A DNA stretch of 64,000 nt, from positions 12,348 to 76,347 of the forward strand of contig CALJTV010000016.1 of the NCBI GenBank assembly GCA_937975645.1. Direction: 5' to 3'. Origin of the DNA: an uncultured Dehalococcoidia bacterium. Lineage in GTDB: Bacteria > Chloroflexota > Dehalococcoidia > GIF9 > UBA5629. The notes under the pieces are model-generated. The model did no database searches. It saw only the letters and a program-made list of their open reading frames with translations, and had not been told where the DNA came from. Below, piece by piece: positions 1 to 9,121 of the stretch (the first letter of the stretch is position 1; each line of letters opens with the position of its first letter). The position numbers were made by a program, and so were the translations under genes.

Positions 1-2
1 CG

Positions 3-728
3 AGTATGTGGGAGTTCGCTGACTTCGGGCTCATAGCCTGTAAGTCAGACCCCAATGCCCCACGCCATCGCAACCTCACCTGTTTCATCGTCGATTGCCA
101 CAGCCCAGGCCTCACCAAATTACCGCTAAGACAAATGACGGGCAACGCAGAGTTCGGCGAAGAGTACTTCGATAATGTGCGTGTGCCAGACAAAAACCGT
201 GTAGGGGAAGTTAATCAAGGATGGGCAGTTGTCCTTACTGCCCTTATGTCTGAAAGGAGCGGTGGTGGTGCCTTCTGGGGCGGAGGCGCTGCAGCAATTG
301 CCGGCGCCTTCACCAGGCTGGCTGCTGTGAGGGCTGTCGTTGACTTGGCTAAGGAAACACGTCGTTTCGGTAAGGTGGTCTGGGATGACCCTGTCTTCAG
401 ACAGAAAATTGCCCAGATGGCGATAGAAGCCGAGGCTATGAGGTGCAGCGGACAGCGAATGGTAGCCCGAATGCGCAAGGGGTGGAGACCAACCAATGAA
501 GCATCTATAGTGAAGAACTTCCAGGCCGAAATGAGAGTACGGAACGGCGATATCATTATGGAGATTATCGGCGCCTACTCTCAGTTAAATAGAGACTCAA
601 AGCGTGCCCTGAACAATGGCGACTGGGTATACCAGATGCTCAGAGCCAGAGGCGCCACCATCGAGATGGGCACCTCTGAAGTCAACCGCAATATTATCGC
701 CGAGAGAATCCTTGGGCTACCACGGTAG
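3..728 (+). CDS. acyl-CoA dehydrogenase family protein, C-terminal part (5' end outside window)
   Basis: The frame is open to the window edge. The translation shows ACAD middle and C-terminal domain character (GEVNQGW..., ...IEMGTSEVNRNIIAERILGLPR tail). Confidence 0.8.
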   Translation, partial: SMWEFADFGLIACKSDPNAPRHRNLTCFIVDCHSPGLTKLPLRQMTGNAEFGEEYFDNVRVPDKNRVGEVNQGWAVVLTALMSERSGGGAFWGGGAAAIAGAFTRLAAVRAVVDLAKETRRFGKVVWDDPVFRQKIAQMAIEAEAMRCSGQRMVARMRKGWRPTNEASIVKNFQAEMRVRNGDIIMEIIGAYSQLNRDSKRALNNGDWVYQMLRARGATIEMGTSEVNRNIIAERILGLPR

Positions 729-762
729 GCAAATAAAAGGACCGGATGAAAGGAGAACAACA

Positions 763-1899
763 ATGGAATGGGCACTCACTGAAGAACAAGAAATGCTGAA
801 GACCATGGCACGCGACTTCATGGAGAAAGAATGCACCAGAAGCCATGTGCGGGCAATGATGGAGGACGAGGTCGGTTATTCACCGGAGCTTTGGAAAAAG
901 ATGGCAGAACTGGGGTGGCTCGGTCTTATCTTCCCTGAACAGTTCGGTGGTCAAGCTATGACCTTTAGGGATCTGACTATTCTCTGCGAGGAGATGGGAC
1001 GTTCCCTGCTGCCTAGCCCTTTCATCTCCACAGTCATACTGTGCGGCTTACCTATCCTCTTCGCTGGCTCGGAGCAGCAAAAGAAGGAATATCTGTCGAA
1101 AATAGCTGAAGGTAAGGCTACCTTCGCCCTAGCTGTACTTGAGGAAGACGGCGACTTCTGGCCTGGCGGCATCAAAATGAGGGCTGAGCAACGCGGCAAT
1201 GAGTACATTCTTAACGGCACCAAGATGTTCGTCTGGGACGCCAAGGCAGCCGACTACTTCCTTCTGGCTGCCCGCACCAGATCCAGCCGCGACCCGGAGG
1301 ACGGCATCACCCTGTTCATCGTGGACGCCAAGGAATGGGGTGTATACGTCAGCCCACTGAACAATATCGACATGCTCAGAAAACAGTCGGATGTAGTGTT
1401 CACCAATGTGCCTGTCCCCGCCGAGAACATCGTCGGCGAAGTGCACAAGGGCTGGGAACCACTGAAGAGGATGTCACTGTATGCTACCGCGGCTCTTTGT
1501 GCTGAGATGGTCGGCTGTGGAGAAAAAGTGCTTGATATGACCGTTACCTACGCCAAAGAGCGTGTCGCTTACGGTGTGGTCATCGGCAGCTTCCAGGCAA
1601 TCAAGCATAAGTGCGCCGACATGCTCAGCGGGCTAGAATATGCTCGATCGCTTATGGAGTGGGCTTGCCTGGCACTGAGCGAAGACTCACCGGAAGCTCC
1701 GCTAGCTGTCTCCATGGCTAAGGCATACTGTGGCGATGTCTGTAAGAAGGTGTGCGACGAGGGTGTCCAGATCCACGGCGGCATCGGCTTCTCCTGGGAA
1801 CACGATATGCATCTCTACTTCAAACGAGTGAGGACAAACGATACCGCCTTCGGTAGCAGCACCTTCCACCGCGAGCTGGTCGCCCAAATGCTCGAATAG
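763..1899 (+). CDS. acyl-CoA dehydrogenase
   Basis: ATG at 763 is preceded by AAAGGAGAA. The 378-aa product starts MEWALTEEQEML and carries ...IHGGIGFSWEHDMHLYFKR, typical of ACADs. The longer ORF from 616 overlaps the upstream gene and has no RBS. Confidence 0.85.
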   Translation: MEWALTEEQEMLKTMARDFMEKECTRSHVRAMMEDEVGYSPELWKKMAELGWLGLIFPEQFGGQAMTFRDLTILCEEMGRSLLPSPFISTVILCGLPILFAGSEQQKKEYLSKIAEGKATFALAVLEEDGDFWPGGIKMRAEQRGNEYILNGTKMFVWDAKAADYFLLAARTRSSRDPEDGITLFIVDAKEWGVYVSPLNNIDMLRKQSDVVFTNVPVPAENIVGEVHKGWEPLKRMSLYATAALCAEMVGCGEKVLDMTVTYAKERVAYGVVIGSFQAIKHKCADMLSGLEYARSLMEWACLALSEDSPEAPLAVSMAKAYCGDVCKKVCDEGVQIHGGIGFSWEHDMHLYFKRVRTNDTAFGSSTFHRELVAQMLE

Positions 1900-1925
1900 A
1901 GCTGCCGCATATCTGCAAAAAGATC

Positions 1926-1959
1926 CGGTGCCCGGTCTGGTAAACCAAGCCGGGCACCG
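1926..1959. terminator. 10-bp stem hairpin between convergent genes (candidate bidirectional terminator)
   Basis: CGGTGCCCGG (1926-1935) pairs perfectly with CCGGGCACCG (1950-1959). CTTTGTT follows on the + strand. It lies between the ACAD stop and the MFS stop. Confidence 0.5.
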
Positions 1960-1978
1960 CCTTTGTTACACAACAAAC

Positions 1979-3274
1979 TCACACGCCCAGCACCTTCTCC
2001 TGTGGTGCCTTCGGTGGCGTAATCAGCAGCGCAAGCAGACTACCTGCAGTAAGTAGCCCGGCAACCACCTTAAAGGCAACCATATAACTACCAGTGGTAT
2101 CAAACACCCAGCCAGCCCATATAGGGGCAATTATACCCGCGGGCAACATGATCACTTGCCCAATACCCATTATCCGCCCAATAGCCATTCTGCCAAAGAA
2201 CCGCACCCTCACCGGCATCATTATGCCAAAACCAATGCCGAAACCAACACCGTATAACAGGAACCAGACATAGATCATCGCTTCAGTCTGGTGCAACAGA
2301 AAAGAGCCAAACGCTATAGCCTGGATCGAGTACGCAGCAAATACCAAGAAACGAAGATGTTCCTTCCTCATACGGTCAACAAGATAGCCACCGAAAAACC
2401 TGGCAGGTATGCTCACCAGCACCATCAGGGAAAGCATCCGCGCCGCCTTGACTGGGTCAAAACCGCTATCCGTCAAGAAGGGGATACTGTGTATGCTTAT
2501 CACCGGCGCCGCCAAGAAGTGGCACATCCCAGACACCAGAAGAAGCCAGTACGCCGGGGACTTCAGGATCTGCGTCAGAGTAAAATCGAACTCACTCATC
2601 TCAGCCGCATATCTGCGCCCTTTCTCCGCCATATCTTCCCCACCCACTTCACCAGCACTGGCACCGTCAGGTAGCATGCCATAGTGCTCCGGGGGGTGCT
2701 GCCTGACAAAAAACCACACCAGCGGGACACCGACGACAAGCATGACCACCCCACCGATCAAACAGGTCGTCCGCCAGCCCACCATTGTTATCAGCCAGGC
2801 AACAAGAGGTAATACCACCACACCGGATAGCCCAGAGAATATCAGAAGAATACCGTTGGCTGCACCACGTCTCTTGACAAACCATCGTGCTACCGTCGCC
2901 TGCAACGGTATCGCCAAGGCAAGATCCATACCAACCGCCAACAAGACCCCCCACACCACAATAAATGACCAGAAAGAGTTCACCAAACTCATGAGAGAAA
3001 AACACAAACCTATGAGAAATACCCCGAAAACAATAAGCCACCGAGGACCAAATCTATCGGTAAGCCAGCCAGCAACGATCGCTATAGCCCCACCCTCTAT
3101 CCTGCCAATGCTGGCTGGTATAGTGGTGGCAGCACGGCTTAACCCCAGCTCCTGGGAAATCGGCTTGAACAACGCAGAAAAACCATATGCGTGATAGCCA
3201 TACCCCCACAGCGATAGAAAGCCACCAGCGAGCACCAGCCACCAGCCAGGAAAAACGTCCCGAAGTTTTGCCAT
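1979..3274 (-). CDS. MFS transporter
   Basis: The product is a long hydrophobic multi-TM protein with MFS-like loops (...GWLTDRFGPRW...). The start is taken at MAKLRDVFPGWW (3274). The ORF extends to 3343. Confidence 0.75.
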   Translation of the reverse strand: MAKLRDVFPGWWLVLAGGFLSLWGYGYHAYGFSALFKPISQELGLSRAATTIPASIGRIEGGAIAIVAGWLTDRFGPRWLIVFGVFLIGLCFSLMSLVNSFWSFIVVWGVLLAVGMDLALAIPLQATVARWFVKRRGAANGILLIFSGLSGVVVLPLVAWLITMVGWRTTCLIGGVVMLVVGVPLVWFFVRQHPPEHYGMLPDGASAGEVGGEDMAEKGRRYAAEMSEFDFTLTQILKSPAYWLLLVSGMCHFLAAPVISIHSIPFLTDSGFDPVKAARMLSLMVLVSIPARFFGGYLVDRMRKEHLRFLVFAAYSIQAIAFGSFLLHQTEAMIYVWFLLYGVGFGIGFGIMMPVRVRFFGRMAIGRIMGIGQVIMLPAGIIAPIWAGWVFDTTGSYMVAFKVVAGLLTAGSLLALLITPPKAPQEKVLGV

Positions 3275-3494
3275 TTTAAGCGCCACCGACCTGGTCGTTG
3301 AGTCACGCCTGCTAGTAGTGGTCTTGTTGAAGTTAAAAAGCACCGGACCGTCTCCTTTTTGTTAGCCCCATTTTGGGCTCTGGGTGTGCACACAAGCACA
3401 ACCGTGATAAGCCAAAGCCATCAAGTTAACCAACGGGGCGTGCATATTTTATTCCTTACCCAACCCGTCATTCAACTTTTGTACTACTCCTGCC

Positions 3495-3523
3495 TTGTGT
3501 AGGCTTACACGAAAAGCTATAAT
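3495..3523 (+). promoter_or_regulatory. candidate sigma70-type promoter for the first glycosyltransferase
   Basis: TTGTGT (3495-3500), a 17-nt spacer, then TATAAT (3518-3523), about 90 nt upstream of ATG 3614. Confidence 0.3.
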
Positions 3524-3613
3524 TCAAGCTGCCGACAGTGAAGACGCTGTTTGAGGGCTCACTACTATCTAGACGGTACTGTTCTTCCATTTCACAAACG
3601 ATATGAAGTGGTA

Positions 3614-4303
3614 ATGCCACAAAAAGAAGTCGCCATAATCTTGCCCGCCCTTAATGAGGAAGCGACCATAAACAAGGTGATCGCTGAAATCCCGCGGCAA
3701 ACACTGGAAGAAAATGGCTACCGGGTCATTGTCCTGGTAGTTGATAACGGCAGCACCGACAGGACTAGAGAGATTGCCCTGCAGAGCGGCGCTGAGGTCA
3801 TCGTCGAACCGCGCAGAGGTAAGGGCAGAGCAGTCAGGACCGCCTTCGAAAAAATTAGAGCCGACTTCGTCTTCATGCTTGACTCCGACTATACCTATCC
3901 AGCCACCTGCATCCCGCAGATGCTCGACATTCTGGAGCGTGGCTGCCCTGTAGTCATCGGCTCGAGGCTGAGGGGTAAAGTGGAACCAGAAGCTATGAGC
4001 CGTGTCAACCTCATCGGCAATCATCTTCTTGCCTGGCTGGCGAGCTTCCTCTACTGTAGAAAGATCAGCGACCTCTGCACCGGTTTCTGGGGGTTCCGTG
4101 GAGAAGTCATCAAAAAACTCCAGCTAAGCGCGCTCGGCTTCGATTTCGAAGCCGAGCTGTTCGCCCAACTTGCTAAAAAGGGCTACCACATTGCTGAAGT
4201 CCCTATTCACTACCGCCCCCGCTCCACAAGACCTAAGCTGAACTCACTCAGGGATGGACTTAAGATCGGCTGGAGATTGCTCGCCCAGCGCTTCTCCGGT
4301 TAA
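3614..4303 (+). CDS. GT2 glycosyltransferase (polyprenyl-phosphate sugar synthase-like, DPM1/GtrB-type)
   Basis: MPQKEVAIILPALNEEATI..., VVDNGSTDRT and a DSD motif indicate a GT-A fold. The ORF could start at 3551 (TTG), but the ATG at 3614 fits the family N-terminus. Confidence 0.8.
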   Translation: MPQKEVAIILPALNEEATINKVIAEIPRQTLEENGYRVIVLVVDNGSTDRTREIALQSGAEVIVEPRRGKGRAVRTAFEKIRADFVFMLDSDYTYPATCIPQMLDILERGCPVVIGSRLRGKVEPEAMSRVNLIGNHLLAWLASFLYCRKISDLCTGFWGFRGEVIKKLQLSALGFDFEAELFAQLAKKGYHIAEVPIHYRPRSTRPKLNSLRDGLKIGWRLLAQRFSG

Positions 4304-4975
4304 AGCGCTCCCGATATCCCGCCATGCCTCGGAGAAAGCATAAGCATGGACTTCTTCCCTCTCTACCAGATAGGCAATGAAACTGCCCAGGTTGTCCCTC
4401 TCGCCCAGACTGTGGTAATGTGACAGCACAGGAAACACCCGGGGCGGCAGAATATAGACTGCTGTGGCAACCAGACTTGACTTCGGTTCAGCGGGCTTCT
4501 CCTCAAACTCCACAATTCGCTTACCATCGAGCTTCACCACCCCAAACTGCCTTGCCTTTTGGCGGTCATTAATGTCATGCACCGCCACCAGCACGTTCTT
4601 GCCGTTATATGCAGCAATAAAGTCCTTCAAGTCAAACTCAAAATAGTTGTCCCCGGCAATGACCAGCAGGTCATCGGTAAACTTTTTCTCCTCCACCCAG
4701 AAATTAAGCGAGCCAATAGCCCCCTTTTTCTGCTCCTCATTCCATACGTCCTCAACGCAGACCTCAACCTGCCTGTCCGTATGTATTTGCCACTTGCGAA
4801 AATCGGCTTCAAACTTCCTGTTGCAACAGACAAATACCTCAATACCAGCCGGCACCTTGTCCACAATATGACTCAGCACCGGCTTACCGTTATACTCAAG
4901 CAGAGCCTTAGCTTTGTGGATAGTAAGCGGATAAAGGCGTACGCCGAAGCCACTGGCTAGGACAAGACACTTCAT
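4244..4975 (-). CDS. sugar-1-phosphate nucleotidyltransferase (candidate heptose-1-P guanylyltransferase, HddC-like)
   Basis: The N-terminus MKCLVLASGFGVRLYPLT matches the NTP_transferase G-x-G-x-R-L motif. The gene sits in a locus that also encodes hddA, gmhA and gmhB. Its 3' end overlaps the convergent GT2 gene by 60 nt. Confidence 0.7.
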   Translation of the reverse strand: MKCLVLASGFGVRLYPLTIHKAKALLEYNGKPVLSHIVDKVPAGIEVFVCCNRKFEADFRKWQIHTDRQVEVCVEDVWNEEQKKGAIGSLNFWVEEKKFTDDLLVIAGDNYFEFDLKDFIAAYNGKNVLVAVHDINDRQKARQFGVVKLDGKRIVEFEEKPAEPKSSLVATAVYILPPRVFPVLSHYHSLGERDNLGSFIAYLVEREEVHAYAFSEAWRDIGSALTGEALGEQSPADLKSIPE

Positions 4976-5022
4976 CGCGTCATATTATAAAAAGACCACA
5001 CCCAGTGAGTAAACCGCCAGAC

Positions 5023-5589
5023 TCATGCCCTCCACAGTCCCGCTATCGCTAGGCTGCATAGCCCCAACCCAGCGATCGCCGCCCCGATCCACCCCAGAAG
5101 ACAGAGACAGGTGACCACAATGCCGGCGATGACCACCCCCACCGAGATCGAGAGCAGAGCACGGTTGAATTTTATCCCCAGCAGGAAAGCCGCTATCGAC
5201 CCCGTCCATGCACCGGTCAAGGGCAAAGGTATAGCCACAAAAAGCGCCAGCCCGATCCTTTCATATCTCTCGATAGCCCTTCCTTGCCTTCGAGTGCGCT
5301 CAAATACCCAGTTTACCATTTTCTTTCCAGGGCGTACCCTACTGGCCCATCTGGCTACCGACTCCAGAAACAGTAGCAGAAAGGGGACAGGAACTAAGTT
5401 GCCTGCCACTGCCAGGGTCAGCGCTTTGTGCCACGGCATACCCATCAAATTTATCGCCACCGGCAACGCACCCCTAAGCTCCACCACTGGCAACATAGAG
5501 AGTACGAACACCACCGCCTCCCTTGCTAACTGTGAGTCCAATAGCTGTTCGACCACCCACGCTATCCTTTTCAGTCGGGTTAAGCGCAA
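5023..5589 (-). CDS. small membrane protein, putative small multidrug export family
   Basis: 188 aa with 4-5 TM segments. The motif ...VVELRGALPVAI... and the overall pattern resemble the 'small multi-drug export' family. The + strand ORF 5111-5635 is antisense and was rejected. Confidence 0.55.
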   Translation of the reverse strand: MRLTRLKRIAWVVEQLLDSQLAREAVVFVLSMLPVVELRGALPVAINLMGMPWHKALTLAVAGNLVPVPFLLLFLESVARWASRVRPGKKMVNWVFERTRRQGRAIERYERIGLALFVAIPLPLTGAWTGSIAAFLLGIKFNRALLSISVGVVIAGIVVTCLCLLGWIGAAIAGLGLCSLAIAGLWRA

Positions 5590-5643
5590 TTATACCATCC
5601 GGGCATCCTCCCGCGTCGCCATCGAGACGACCTGAGCCACTCC

Positions 5644-5672
5644 TTGCACCAGCAAACCTAAAGATATAATAT
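5644..5672 (+). promoter_or_regulatory. candidate promoter giving a (near-)leaderless rfbA transcript
   Basis: TTGCAC (5644-5649) is followed by TATAAT (5665-5670) or TAATAT (5667-5672), 8-10 nt before ATG 5680. There is no Shine-Dalgarno sequence. Confidence 0.3.
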
Positions 5673-5679
5673 ATACCCG

Positions 5680-6747
5680 ATGAAAGCGCTCATCTTGTCC
5701 GGTGGCAGGGGGACGAGGTTGAAGCCCCTCACCAATACCATCGCCAAGCAGCTCCTACCGGTGGCAAACAAGCCTATCCTCCATTATGTCATGGAGCAAG
5801 TCGCAGAAACTGGCATAAAAGATATCGGCGTCATCATCTCACCGGAAACAGGAGACAAGATCAAAGAAGCCCTCGGTGACGGCGACAGGTGGAATACCCA
5901 TATCACCTTCATAACCCAGCCCCAACCTCTGGGACTTGCCCACGCCGTTAAGACAGCCCGTGACTTCCTCGGTGACTCCCCATTCCTCATGTTCCTCGGC
6001 GATAACCTTATTCAGGGTGGCATAGCTGACTTCGTCGCCGAGTTCGAAAAGCACCGCCCTAGTGCCCTGGTGTTGCTAAAAGAAGTACCCGACCCACGCC
6101 TCTTTGGCGTCGCCGAGCTTGACGGCTCAGGCAAGGTCGTCCGTCTGGTCGAAAAACCAAAAGAGCCAAGAAGCAACCTGGCACTGGTCGGCATCTACCT
6201 CTTCTCCTCAGAAATCCACCAGGCAATAGAGCAGATTTCCCCCTCCTGGCGCGGCGAGCTCGAAATAACCGATGCCATCCAGAGACTGCTCGATGATGGC
6301 AAAACCATCCACACCCACATCCTCAAAGGCTGGTGGCTGGACACCGGCAAGAAGGACGACCTCCTTGAAGCCAACCGCGTGGTGCTCGATGACCTCCTCC
6401 GGCGCGACATCAAAGGCGAGGTGGACGAACACAGCCAAGTCATCGGCAGGGTGAATGTGGGTGAAGGCACCAGAGTCGAAAACAGCACCATCAGGGGTCC
6501 GGTAGCAATCGCCCACTCCTGCCTCATCAAAGACTCATATATCGGTCCCTTTACCAGCATCGGCGCCGGCACCACCATTGAGAACTCTAGCATCGAGCAC
6601 TCGGTCATCCTGGAAGGCTGCTCGGTGTGTCACATCGAACGACTGGCGGACAGCATCATTGGCAGAAGTGCCAGGGTTCTCAAACAGGGGCGTGGCTTCA
6701 AAGCTGTCAAGCTGTTCATCGGCGATGATACCGAAATCGTCCTTTAG
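5680..6747 (+). CDS. rfbA: glucose-1-phosphate thymidylyltransferase (long form with C-terminal left-handed beta-helix)
   Basis: [18 protein letters not shown], ...LGLAHAV... and a C-terminal hexapeptide-repeat region. The gene is adjacent to rfbC, rfbB and rfbD. Confidence 0.85.
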   Translation: MKALILSGGRGTRLKPLTNTIAKQLLPVANKPILHYVMEQVAETGIKDIGVIISPETGDKIKEALGDGDRWNTHITFITQPQPLGLAHAVKTARDFLGDSPFLMFLGDNLIQGGIADFVAEFEKHRPSALVLLKEVPDPRLFGVAELDGSGKVVRLVEKPKEPRSNLALVGIYLFSSEIHQAIEQISPSWRGELEITDAIQRLLDDGKTIHTHILKGWWLDTGKKDDLLEANRVVLDDLLRRDIKGEVDEHSQVIGRVNVGEGTRVENSTIRGPVAIAHSCLIKDSYIGPFTSIGAGTTIENSSIEHSVILEGCSVCHIERLADSIIGRSARVLKQGRGFKAVKLFIGDDTEIVL

Positions 6748-6770
6748 GACAGAGGGAGGAAAGGAAAACC

Positions 6771-7286
6771 ATGCTGAAGGAACATCCACTGGAAGGCGTC
6801 AGGACTTATGACCTCAACATCCTCCCTGATGAACGCGGCTTCTTTGCCGAAGCCTTGCGGCAGGACTGGCAGGACTTCATCGACGAATGGATCGTCCAGG
6901 TGAATTTAAGCTACAGCTACCCCGGCATGGTCAGGGCATGGCACCGACATTTGCGCGGTCAGGTGGACTACTTTCTGGTAATTGAAGGCGCCATGAAGAT
7001 CTGCGCCTATGAGGAGAAGACCCGCAAGCTTGCCGAGGTCATCGCCAGCGCTGCAAGACCCATGCTGGTCAGAATACCCGGTCACTATTTCCATGGCACC
7101 AAGACGGTGAGCAGCCAGTCTTCGCTTACAGTCTATTTCGTCACCCGTCTTTACGACTACAAAGACCCGGACGAAGAGCGCCGTCCCTGGAATGACATTT
7201 CTATCGTCCCCTCAGAGATAAACGGCAATAGGAACGACCCCCGTGTGGGCAAGCCCTGGGACTGGTTCCACCCACCACATAAGTGA
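6771..7286 (+). CDS. rfbC: dTDP-4-dehydrorhamnose 3,5-epimerase-like cupin
   Basis: 171 aa with DERGFF...NLSYS...VRAWHRH...IPGHYFHG, an RmlC-like cupin pattern. It lies between rfbA and rfbB. Confidence 0.7.
   Translation: MLKEHPLEGVRTYDLNILPDERGFFAEALRQDWQDFIDEWIVQVNLSYSYPGMVRAWHRHLRGQVDYFLVIEGAMKICAYEEKTRKLAEVIASAARPMLVRIPGHYFHGTKTVSSQSSLTVYFVTRLYDYKDPDEERRPWNDISIVPSEINGNRNDPRVGKPWDWFHPPHK
7243..7281. repeat. left copy of a ~39-bp direct repeat (authentic 3' end of rfbC)
   Basis: GTGTGGGCAAGCCCTGGGACTGGTTCCACCCACCACATA is repeated at 8061-8099, with 32 of 39 positions identical in my manual alignment. Confidence 0.7.
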
Positions 7287-7298
7287 CGCAATGGTACC

Positions 7299-7703
7299 AT
7301 GGACAACAACCTTAGAGAAGGGATGAGGTGGTTTGAACAGGCTGAAGCTGATTTAAAGACAGCCACAGACTGCTGCAGCACGGGCAATTATTATGCGTCC
7401 GCCTTTTTCAGCCAGCAGGCGGCTGAAAAGGCGCTGAAAGGGCTGCTGTACTTTAAGGGCTTCAGGGCTATCTTGACCCACTCTGTTCTCGATCTGATTG
7501 ATGAAGCAGCCAGACTACTCCCCTTATTCAAGGAGCTCGGCGACTACGCCAGAGAACTGGATAGACACTATATCGGTTCCCGATACCCCAATTCCTACCC
7601 ATCTGGGGCACCCCACCGTTATTATACTGTGGAGATGGCACAGACATGTATAAACTATGCAACATCAATATTAGAAGAAGTCAGGAAATATTTGAAAGGC
7701 TAG
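7299..7703 (+). CDS. HEPN domain protein (putative toxin of a HEPN/MNT module)
   Basis: 134 aa, all-helical in character, with RELDRH (R-x4-H) followed by GSRYP...P..YY, typical of HEPN. It overlaps the downstream nucleotidyltransferase gene. Confidence 0.75.
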   Translation: MDNNLREGMRWFEQAEADLKTATDCCSTGNYYASAFFSQQAAEKALKGLLYFKGFRAILTHSVLDLIDEAARLLPLFKELGDYARELDRHYIGSRYPNSYPSGAPHRYYTVEMAQTCINYATSILEEVRKYLKG

Positions 7704-8056
7704 AAGAATATAAAGAGAAAATCGTCAAAGAATTAAAGCCGAAAAAAATAATCCTTTTCGGTTCGCTCGCCCGTGGGGACTTCAACGAAGGGTCAGATGT
7801 TGATATCATTGTCATAGCTGACTGGAAACAGGACTTCCTTGCCAGAATAAAGACCTTGCTGGAGATAGACAGATGCGGTTTACCAATCCAGCCACTCGGC
7901 TATACTGAGGAGGAAATCGAGCTAATGCTGCTTGGAGGCAATCGCTTCATTACAGAGGCAATGGCTAGCAGCAAAGTCCTTTACGACTGCTCAGAGCGAA
8001 GCAGTTCAACTGCACACAAGCGCTTTCAATCGCCAGACAAAGGCGAAATCAAATGA
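7646..8056 (+). CDS. minimal nucleotidyltransferase (MNT) domain protein (putative antitoxin)
   Basis: LFGSLARGDFNEGSDVDIIVI matches the G-S-x10-D-x-D NTase motif. The only in-frame ATG is at 7646, giving a 58-nt overlap with the HEPN gene. The start is uncertain. Confidence 0.7.
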   Translation: MYKLCNINIRRSQEIFERLEEYKEKIVKELKPKKIILFGSLARGDFNEGSDVDIIVIADWKQDFLARIKTLLEIDRCGLPIQPLGYTEEEIELMLLGGNRFITEAMASSKVLYDCSERSSSTAHKRFQSPDKGEIK

Positions 8057-8060
8057 CCGG

Positions 8061-8099
8061 GTATTGGCAAGCCCTGGGGCTAGTTTTACCCACCGCATA
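8061..8099. repeat. right copy of the direct repeat, a decayed duplicate of the rfbC 3' end
   Basis: GTATTGGCAAGCCCTGGGGCTAGTTTTACCCACCGCATA in the rfbC-equivalent frame reads GIGKPWG-stop. It is followed directly by the AGGAGG RBS of rfbB. Confidence 0.7.
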
Positions 8100-8116
8100 G
8101 ATAGGAGGCAAATGAC

Positions 8117-9121
8117 GTGAAATTGCTTATCACTGGCGGCGCTGGCTTTATCGGCAGCAATTTCGTCCGCTACATCATCCAGCAGCACCCGGACTGGGAG
8201 ATAACCAATCTAGACAAGCTTACCTACGCCGGTAATCTGGAAAACCTTAAAGACGTGGAACAGAGCCTGCGCTACCGCTTTATAAAGGGCGATATCGGTG
8301 ATAGAGAACTTGTTGATCAATTACTCCAGCAGAAATTTGATGCCATAATAAACTTCGCCGCCGAGTCCCACGTTGACCGCAGCATCTTGGATGCCTCCCC
8401 CTTCCTTGAGACCAACATTTGCGGGACGCAGGTACTCCTCGAGGGCGCCAAAAAATACGGCATAAAAAGGTTCATCCAGGTCTCAACTGATGAAGTCTAC
8501 GGCTCAATAGAGCTAGGCAGCTTCACTGAGCTTTCTCCGCTTCATCCCAGCAGTCCATACTCTGCCAGTAAGGCTGCCGCCGACCTGCTCTGCCTTGCCT
8601 ATCATAAGACCTATGGGATAGCCGTCATCATCACCCGCTGCTCCAACAACTTCGGTCCCTACCAGTTTCCGGAAAAGTTTATCCCCCTTGCCATCACCAA
8701 TGCCATTGAGGACAAGCCCATTCCCGTATATGGCGATGGCTTAAACGTCAGGGACTGGATCTTCGTCCTTGACCACTGTCGTGCCCTCGAAGCCACACTG
8801 GAAAAGGGCAGGGCTGGCGAGGTTTACAATATCGGCGCCGGCAACGAGATGACCAATCTGGCTCTGGTGCACACACTGCTAAAATCACTGGACAAGCCCG
8901 AGAGCCTCATCCAGTTCGTCACCGACCGGCCCGGTCATGACCGCCGCTATTCACTGGACAGCAGCAAAATACGCACCGAATTAGGCTGGAAACCTATCTA
9001 CTCCTTCAACGATGCGCTCGCCTTTACTGTCAACTGGTACCTGAGCAACCGCCACTGGTGGCAGCGGATCAAAAGCGGAGACTACGCCAAATACTACGAG
9101 CAGGTGTACCTCAAAAGATGA
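8117..9121 (+). CDS. rfbB: dTDP-glucose 4,6-dehydratase
   Basis: GTG start with an AGGAGG RBS. MKLLITGGAGFIGSNF, YSASKAA (YxxxK) and DRPGHDRRY are classic RmlB features. Confidence 0.9.
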   Translation: MKLLITGGAGFIGSNFVRYIIQQHPDWEITNLDKLTYAGNLENLKDVEQSLRYRFIKGDIGDRELVDQLLQQKFDAIINFAAESHVDRSILDASPFLETNICGTQVLLEGAKKYGIKRFIQVSTDEVYGSIELGSFTELSPLHPSSPYSASKAAADLLCLAYHKTYGIAVIITRCSNNFGPYQFPEKFIPLAITNAIEDKPIPVYGDGLNVRDWIFVLDHCRALEATLEKGRAGEVYNIGAGNEMTNLALVHTLLKSLDKPESLIQFVTDRPGHDRRYSLDSSKIRTELGWKPIYSFNDALAFTVNWYLSNRHWWQRIKSGDYAKYYEQVYLKR

